In this document: positions 47,623 to 55,475 of the stretch, piece after piece
Layout of the letters: every line of letters starts with the position of its first letter
Numbering within the stretch: the stretch's first letter is position 1
DNA from: Thraustochytrium aureum
Taxonomy: Eukaryota
Length of the DNA: 55,475 bases
Reading direction: 5' to 3'
NCBI GenBank assembly: GCA_012862495.1
Contig: BLSG01000385.1
Coordinates: forward strand, 173,062 to 228,536
Translations under genes and position numbers: made by a program
The notes under the pieces: generated by a model
What the model was told of the DNA's origin: nothing
Database searches by the model: none
Seen by the model: only the letters and a program-made list of their open reading frames with translations

Positions 47623-50600
47623 CTACCGCTTCGCAAACGTGCACCTGTGCCCACAGCCCGTCGGGCAAAACACGTCCTTCGCAAACCACTCACTGACGTG
47701 GTCCAAGTGGCCCCCATGGCCACAACCCTGGCACCACACGTAAACGCCACGAACGAGCTGCTCACAGATGGAGCAGCGGCTCACCGCGCTCTGGCACGTC
47801 CCACACCGGCCCTTGAAACGCGGGTTGGCGCGAATGATGTTCTTCTTATTTGTAGAAGCGCACGCGCTGCAGCCCTCCGCGATCATGCTCGTCATCTGGT
47901 ACCATCGCTCGACCTCCTGGTCCTCGCACGACGAGATGATGCGGGCGGCGACTGAAAACACCTGAAGCTGCTGCAGCAGGTCGATGTACGAGCACAACCA
48001 CATGCGCATCATCTTGCGAGCCACAGCAGGTCGCAGCGCTTCGCCGAGGACGAGCACAACCATTGCGCACGTCTGCACGTCGCCAGACTCTGCATGGTAG
48101 CTAAGCAGCTCGTGGACGAGGCTCGACCTTATTCCCTCGAGGTCGCCGAACACCGCAGCTGCCGGCGAGAGCTGCAAGGTGGCGAAACCGGGAGCCGGCG
48201 CGACCCCAAGCTGCAGATTCTGCGCCGCGCCGCTCTGCATGCCGACCTCGTGGGGCCCGCATCCAGCCCCAGCTTCTCGTTCTCCCTGCCCGTCAAAGGC
48301 GTCGCGGGCCCGGCCATTGCCGCCGGGGCTTTCCAAAGTGTCCGCTCCTACCGGCGGGTCCTCCGCGCGGGAAGCCTCATGATGGCGTCGGCCGACCCCG
48401 CCGTCAGAGAGATCCCGCTTCGACCCGACGCCGCGCGCCTCGTCGCTCGCGCTCGGGCTCTTCGCCGTGCGCGCGCTCCTTGGTGCGCCGTCGGGCCCCG
48501 CCGCGCTGTTGACCTCGCCCGGGCTCAAGGCCCTGTCCTTGGCGTGCACGCCAGGACTGTTTGCAGGCTCTAGACTGCCNNNNNNNNNNNNNNNNNNNNN
48601 NNNNNNNNNNNNNNNNNNNNNNNNNNNNNNNNNNNNNNNNNNNNNNNNNNNNNNNNNNNNNNNNNNNNNNNNNNNNNNNNNNNNNNNNNNNNNNNNNNNN
48701 NNNNNNNNNNNNNNNNNNNNNNNNNNNNNNNNNNNNNNNNNNNNNNNNNNNNNNNNNNNNNNNNNNNNNNNNNNNNNNNNNNNNNNNNNNNNNNNNNNNN
48801 NNNNNNNNNNNNNNNNNNNNNNNNNNNNNNNNNNNNNNNNNNNNNNNNNNNNNNNNNNNNNNNNNNNNNNNNNNNNNNNNNNNNNNNNNNNNNNNNNNNN
48901 NNNNNNNNNNNNNNNNNNNNNNNNNNNNNNNNNNNNNNNNNNNNNNNNNNNNNNNNNNNNNNNNNNNNNNNNNNNNNNNNNNNNNNNNNNNNNNNNNNNN
49001 NNNNNNNNNNNNNNNNNNNNNNNNNNNNNNNNNNNNNNNNNNNNNNNNNNNNNNNNNNNNNNNNNNNNNNNNNNNNNNNNNNNNNNNNNNNNNNNNNNNN
49101 NNNNNNNNNNNNNNNNNNNNNNNNNNNNNNNNNNNNNNNNNNNNNNNNNNNNNNNNNNNNNNNNNNNNNNNNNNNNNNNNNNNNNNNNNNNNNNNNNNNN
49201 NNNNNNNNNNNNNNNNNNNNNNNNNNNNNNNNNNNNNNNNNNNNNNNNNNNNNNNNNNNNNNNNNNNNNNNNNNNNNNNNNNNNNNNNNNNNNNNNNNNN
49301 NNNNNNNNNNNNNNNNNNNNNNNNNNNNNNNNNNNNGGCTGTGCGTGGAGCGTCGGCGGACAGCGCCGCCACGTTTCTCGGCCCAGAGTAGCCGGGGCCC
49401 AACAAGCTCACATCATTGTTGGCACCAGGCACGCCGGGATGCGGAGTGGCCGCGCCGACAGCGGTGTGCGAGCTGCGGCGGCTCGCACGGTGGGAGGCGA
49501 ACGCCTGCAACGCGACGCGAACTGACGCAGCGTCTTCAGGCCGCACAGACAAAAGCGCCTTGTCCACAAGCTCGTCGGCACACTCGGGCACAAACAACAG
49601 GCTGAGCAGGCGCCACACCTGGGCCTTTGCCGGGGCGGCGGCGGCATCTGCTACTGCTGCGTTCTTCGCACAGCAGAGCGCGATTTGCGCTTGCGTCCGC
49701 CGGCGAGGCTCTTCGCCAAAGTCCTCGTGCTCGGCGAAAGGGTCTTGCATGGAAGGCCCCGGCGGCGCGTCCCGCTCCGCGAGCATCTTCGGGGTCACGT
49801 ACGCACGAGCGAGAAACTTGAACTGGTCGGCGTCAAACCCAAGCAGCGCGCTGCCAAAAGTGGGGCGTACCTCCGAGAGCGGCGGCGCCCCAGTCGCCGC
49901 GTGGTGGTCGAACGTGTCAGAGTTGAGGCTCGCAAAGCTGCTAGTTCGGCCTGCAAACCCGTTGCGCGAGGTCCTGTCATTGGCGCCGACTGCGAAAGCC
50001 TCCTCCTCCAGTGTGTCCCACGTGCGCTTGAACTCGCGAGGGGCGAAAATGACGACATCGTTGCGCGCACGCGGCGGCCGCTCGGACCGAGGGAGCTCGC
50101 GGTTCAGCAATAGCCCTTTCCTTGTGCGGAGCTCGGGAATCGGGTCGTGCACGGCTGCGAGTCGCGACGTGCAGGAAAAGCTCATGCACGTTCCCAAGTG
50201 CCGATCGAGTGGCCGCACAGCGCAGTCGAGGTTGCGAAGGTCCACCTCGCCTGTGACGCTGCAGCTCAGGAGGATGCACCAGCTCTGCTGACTTGCGCGC
50301 TTCGTGCGGTGCTGGTGCCGGAAGCGGCGAAACCGCTGCCGCTGCTGCTCCTTGCGGCGGGCAAGCGTTTCAGTGTCTGCATCCCCACCGCCGCCGATCG
50401 TTAGATTGGACGTTTCCCTCGAGGCCGTGGACCCGGCCACGCTAATCGCGTCGGGAGTTGTGTTGCGACTCCCGCCGCGCCCGCGACGCTGGTGTTCTGT
50501 CGGAATCTGGACGGTGAGCCCAAAGCCGCGCCGCGCTACTTGCCCACCGGTCGTGTTGCCGTCGCCGGAGGGGTCGGAGCTCGATTCGCCTGGCAAGCCG

Positions 50601-51982
50601 CCGAGGGGCTCTTGGCCAGAGTCGCGCACGGCGCTTTGGAACCGGCTGTTGATGGCAGCACCGCCCCGGCGGTTGTGGCGGGTTTGGTGAAAGTCAAAGT
50701 CGACAGTGTCTGCGTCGTCGTCCACCAGGACCGCTTCTTCGTCCTCTTCCTCGTCGTCCTCGTCCTCTTCCTCGTCGCCCCACCAGTGCGTGCCGTGCAG
50801 CGAGGAGCCCAGCACGTCGGCTTTGAGAAGAAACGGGTCGATCCACATGTAGCCGGAGGTGATGTCATTCTCGCTGCAGGTTTGCACGCAGGCGAGGGGC
50901 ACCGTCGGCTCGGTGGTGTTCCAGATATGTATTTCGTTTCCGCGTAGCGGCATTGACGCGATCTGGTGTGGGTGGCCAGGCCGCCAGCTGACTCGCGCGA
51001 CCCCCTTTTCGGCGGTCTCGATGGTCTGGATCGGGTAGTGCTGGCGCTTTCGCTTAAAGCGGCGAGCAGGTTCGGTCGCGCTCCAGGAAGGCGCCTTGCT
51101 GGGGGTGTCGACCCCGGGCTCCGATCCGCTGGCCGCCTGGGTATCGCTTGCGGCGGGCGGCGCGGCAGTGGTGGCCGAGGCAGCGGCTGCAGCGGCGGCG
51201 TCATCTCCGTCGCGGGCCTGGAAGACGTCCCAAATCTTGATGAACCCGTCCCGGCCGCCGCTCGCCAGCAGATTGCTGCGATCTGCGCTCCAGTCGACGG
51301 TGTAAGCGATGTCGTGGGCGGCGAACACGGTCTCGGGCTGTTTGGGGTGCCGGACGTCCCAAACTTGGACCGTGCCGTTGCCAAAGGCCGCCGCGAACCG
51401 GTGGCTGCCCTCCACCTTGCGAAACTCGATATCCCGCACCACAGAAGATTTTGGCGCGATCGAGAGCGTCGAGCGCGTGCGCACTCGCAGGTCCCACAGC
51501 TTGATTTTCGCGTCGTTCGACCCGGTCAGCAACGTTTGTGGATTGCTGTAGTGCCAGCTGATGCTGCTCACCGCCTGGGTGTGCTCCTTGAGGACGTACT
51601 CGGGCTTCCACTGCCCGAGGTTTCCGCCAGACTCGGCAATGTTCCACACGGCCAGGGCACCTCCAGAGCTCGACGTGGCCAAGAGGTGCGCTAGCGCGAG
51701 CGTCGGGTTGAACTTGACCTTGAGGATCGGCTTGAGGCTGAGGCGCTGTTCGCCGACCATGACGCTCTTCACAAGGTGCGACTCCTCCAGCTCCACGGTG
51801 CGGTAGTCCCTGGAGAGCCTGGCCAGCATCAAGTTGTTGTTCCCGCCCAGCGCGACAACGCGCTGGTCGGCCGACACGTCCGCCCCGTTCAGCGCTTGGC
51901 CGACTTGTACCCGGCATTCGCTTCCGCCATGGCTGCCCAAGCTGGCCCCGGCCGAGCTCCCTCGCCGGTGCGACACGCGCAT
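47623..51982 (-). CDS. WDR24: GATOR2 complex subunit WDR24/Sea2 (WD40 + C-terminal RING), gap in middle
   Basis: EHTQAVSSISWH...LLTGSNDAKIKLWDLR, FGNGTVQVWDVR, LASGGRDGFIKIWD, VSWRPGHPHQIAS, GDVQTCA, CSICEQLVRGVYVWCQGCGHGGHLDHVSEWF...CPTGCGHRC. Confidence 0.88.
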
Positions 51983-52055
51983 CCTCCACGGAGGGGCTCT
52001 GCGCTCGCGGCCGCCCCGCAATGCCCCGCGAAAAAGTTGGTCAAATCTTCGCCTG

Positions 52056-52151
52056 CAACGCTGCTGGGTTAGGCTCCAACGCTGCTGGGTTAGGCTCCAA
52101 TGCTGCTGGGTTAGGCTACAGGCTGCTGGGTTAGGCTACAAGGCTGCTGGG
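52056..52151. repeat. 20-21-bp tandem repeat GCTGCTGGGTTAGGCT(C/A)CA, four full copies plus a partial
   Basis: GGGTTAGG cores at 52066, 52087, 52108, 52128. Confidence 0.9.
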
Positions 52152-52420
52152 GTGGCTTTGATGCGAGAGGCCTCGTTCTCGTCGCATCATGAGCGAACGA
52201 GCGCGCGGCCCCCGTCGCACGCAGAGGTGTCCCGTCACAGGCTGCCTAAGGAGGCAGCCAAGTCCTCCGCGTCTTCTTCGTTGTCAGCCCATTTTTTAAT
52301 TTTATCAACACCATGGATCATCGATCATGCATGGGCTGCCCTGGTAGTGCTCGCTGCGCTATGTGATGGCGCTGCTGAAATTGGACGCGGCGTGTCTGGG
52401 CAGGACCTCGTCCGAGGCTG

Positions 52421-54893
52421 TCAGTGCAGCACGCAAGCAACCTTTTTCTTCTTGGCGCCTGGCGGCGGCGGGGCTGCTGCAGGCGCCGGATCGGCTGCTG
52501 CTGCGAGCGCCGAATCGGCTGCTGCTGCGGGCGCCGGATCCGCTGTAGTGACTGAGGCAGCGTGGTGATTCTCAAAGTCGACGATCCGCGCCTTAATGTT
52601 GTCCAGCCAGGCGTAGCACGACGTGAGCTTGGGGCCTGACATGGCGCCTTTTACGTTGGCTAGGTAGGACTCGCAGTCGTCGATGGCGCGGTTGGCCGCC
52701 TCAAGGTCACCGTGGCCGTCCGCCAGCGCGACGAGGACCCGCATGTCGTAGAGCGCTAGTGCGTTCGGGTTGGGCTGGCGCACCAGGCGGTTGAAGGTGG
52801 CGAAAGCCTCTTCCGCGGTCTCCACTGCGAAGGCCAAGTGCGCCTGGCGCTCCGCCGTGAGGTCCTGTGTGGAGAGGCCCGGTCGCGCGTTGAAGCCTTG
52901 CACGTGCAGGAGCTGCTGCACTAGCTCGCCGCCGCGGCGCCAGAGAGCGGGGTAGTGGCTCTCGAGGCTGACCAGCTTGCTGGTTGAGAGGTCCCGTTTC
53001 GCCCGCTGCGAGGGCCACGGCAGTCTCCTGCTCGAGAATAGCTTGTCGCCCGGCGATGGCCTTGCGCAGCCACTCGATTGCACCGTCGCTGCCAGGCACC
53101 ATGAATCGACCACGGTTCTCCGTACCTACTTGCACCCATATCTGGGCCGGCAGAAGCTGCGCGACGTGTTCGTGCGCGAGGCTTCTGGAGCGCTCGGCAT
53201 GCGCAATGCAGGCGTCAAAGTTGGCCGCAGCCGCGGCGCGCGCGGCGTCCAGCGCCGCGGCCTGAGCGGGGTCCTTGGTGCGAAGGATGCGCGTGACGTC
53301 GCGGCCGTCGAGCAGGCCAAGGTAGTCGTAGGCGATAGAGAGCCCCAGCTCGAGGCGGCCAGCTCGACCTCCTCCCGGACGACCTTGTCTAGCAGCGGCG
53401 TGGCCTGCGCAATAAACTTGTTCATCTGGGCCGGGTCACCGGGAAGTCCTGCGCGGCGTCGTTCATCTCTATGCGGTATACTCGCGCCGCCTCGAGGATG
53501 CAGCCAAACTCGACGNNNNNNNNNNNNNNNNNNNNNNNNNNNNNNNNNNNNNNNNNNNNNNNNNNNNNNNNNNNNNNNNNNNNNNNNNNNNNNNNNNNNN
53601 NNNNNNNNNNNNNNNNNNNNNNNNNNNNNNNNNNNNNNNNNNNNNNNNNNNNNNNNNNNNNNNNNNNNNNNNNNNNNNNNNNNNNNNNNNNNNNNNNNNN
53701 NNNNNNNNNNNNNNNNNNNNNNNNNNNNNNNNNNNNNNNNNNNNNNNNNNNNNNNNNNNCGTGGAGAAGACGCCCGCGAAAAACATGGCGAAGCTCTCCT
53801 CGTAGCCGATCTGCACGAGGCGGTAGTGCTCGCTTACGAGCCAGGCGGCCACCAGGTTGCACTCGAGGTCCTGCTGGATGTTGAGGGCCTCCGCCTCCGA
53901 AATTGCAAAGCACCGGTCAAACCACTCCCGCAGCCGGCTCTCCGGCGTGCTGGAGCTGCGCTGCTTGGTCATCTCCCCGACGAGCTCGAGCTCCACTGCG
54001 GGCAGCACTTGGCAGGCCACACGGAGAACGCCCAGGGTGTCGGCGCCGTAGAGGATGGACGGAAACTTGCTCTTGACCAGGTCGCTCACACCGCGCGGGT
54101 CGCTGCCGTGCACCACCCAGACCCAATGCTGCAGGTCGGGCTCCGTGAGCCCCAGCGACAGGATGGCTGCGTTCAAGTCGAAGTGGTCAGAGCCCGAGTA
54201 CCCCAACACAATCACGGGCCGCTTGGACTCTATCACGCCACTGACGTACTCGTGCATCTTGCGACTGAACGGCTTCGCCAGACCTGCGGCGGTAGCGGTG
54301 AACGGCCCGGTGAACGTTTGCCCGCCAGTGCCCGCATACGTGGTGCCGTGAAAGGGGCAGATGTGCGGCACGCGCGCCTCCACGGCGTGTGAGCCTAGCA
54401 CGGCCTCGTCCATCGCCTCGAGCTGCTCGTTGGACACGCACTGAAACGCAGCGCCGGCCGCCTCACAAGCGTCCTCCAGAACATGATCAAAGTTGGATGT
54501 GAGGATTCCGCCCACGAGCCCGGCCTTTACCAGCAGCGCCACCATCGCCGAGAACTCGTTCACGGGGCAGTCGTCCGTGATGGCCTGCCACATGCCGTCC
54601 GTGTCGAACCGGTTACCAGTGCGGAACTTGACCAGCGACACGATCACCTCCAACGTCATGTTCTCCTTCCTGCAGGTCCTCTCAATCAGCTCCCGTGTGC
54701 GAGCGTTGAGCTCCGAGCCGCCAGCGGCCTTGGCCTCAACCGACTGGCCCATTCGGAACACGTTGCTCAGAATGGACACCTTGAGGTCGTACGCGCAGGG
54801 CATGTGGGGCACGGACGCGCCAGCCCCCAGCAGGAGGAACGGCCGCTCGTCTCGCAGCACTGCTGACAGCCGCTCACCACCGAGGCTCTGCAT
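52421..54893 (-). CDS. SIR2_2-type (defence-like NADase) domain + helical TPR-like region + polybasic CaaX-like tail; one gap and three apparent 1-nt deletions
   Basis: FLLLGAGASVP, ILTSNFDHVLE, ICPFHGT, VIVLGYSGSDHFDL. Protein-like helical sequence continues through frame switches at ~53440, ~53355 and ~52993 to ...KKKKVACVLH*. Confidence 0.8.
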
Positions 54894-55475
54894 CTCTCCA
54901 CGTAGATTCCCGGGCAAGCGCAGCAGCCCCGGTCCAGCCTTCTGCAGCAGCCCCCCGGCCAGCACTCGAGCAGGCCAGCTCCGTCGCGTCCTCCGTCAGG
55001 TCCGGCGCGTCGCGACCCCGACCTCGCCGTGTCCGCGCCACGAGCGGCAGACTGGCCTCGGGGGCCCTTTCCAGCAAGAACGAGGACCGCGCAGCCGGCT
55101 CGCATGCAGCGACAGTGCCCTGCCACGCGCGCCGCCAGCCCGACCGCGTCTGCTCTGCCGAGCGAGTACACTCGCCGTGCGCGCCCGCGTACACTCCATC
55201 CCTTCCTTCTCGGTACTTGCTCTCGACGCCACCCTTGTGCAAGGCGGTGCGGATTCTCCTTCAGGGTTAGGTTAGGTCAGCGGCTGTCCAAATCTTTGAC
55301 AGAATTGCAACCGTACGGACAATAAAATATGCCGACCTGGCAGCACGCCACGTGGTAGTTTCTGCAGCAAGGTCGGCGATTTACCTGTGTGATAAGGTGA
55401 GGGATTGGCGCGTGGGGTTTAAAAGGAACAAGTGGTCAGAGCCGGGCAGCAGACACCCAACGGAGCAGGGCAGCA

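Noticed and set aside
52421..53515. Programmed frameshifting or pseudogene
   Set aside because: No slippery heptamers, and the same indel type occurs in TRM112 and the JmjC gene, so sequencing error is more parsimonious. A pseudogene is not fully excluded.
53760..54893. Canonical sirtuin deacetylase
   Set aside because: Lacks GIPDFR, the TQNID/HG-CxxC zinc module and the GTS motif; fits the SIR2_2 pattern instead.

Overview
Eukaryotic, GC-rich, intron-poor, gene-dense draft scaffold with many N gaps and apparent single-base indels in short homopolymers. The (GGCA)n/(GCT)n microsatellites, short GT-AG introns with GCTGAC branch sites and a flagellar gene suggest a flagellated protist, plausibly a thraustochytrid/labyrinthulomycete (inference only). 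Recognisable genes: UTP15, a double hot-dog thioesterase, a METTL21-type methyltransferase, a JmjC oxygenase, EXO1, a class-3 lipase, SPC24, MON2, EFHB/CFAP21, NOL10, TRM112 and WDR24. The most interesting locus (52421-54893, minus) encodes a SIR2_2-type domain, the Zn-less NADase type used in prokaryotic antiviral defence. It is followed by a helical TPR-like region, an Ala/Pro linker and a K-Ras-like polybasic CaaX tail, so it is a candidate membrane-tethered innate-immune NADase. Other unusual items are: a type-II membrane TTL-like protein with altered catalytic residues and a PAN domain; a vWA-mucin-stalk-multipass receptor-like protein; a D-box protein with about 13 VPTGxQLARTP repeats; an orphan protein with a duplicated unnamed domain; and a GTTCCGC motif clustered upstream of ribosome-biogenesis genes. 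I saw no rRNA, tRNA, CRISPR array or transposon.
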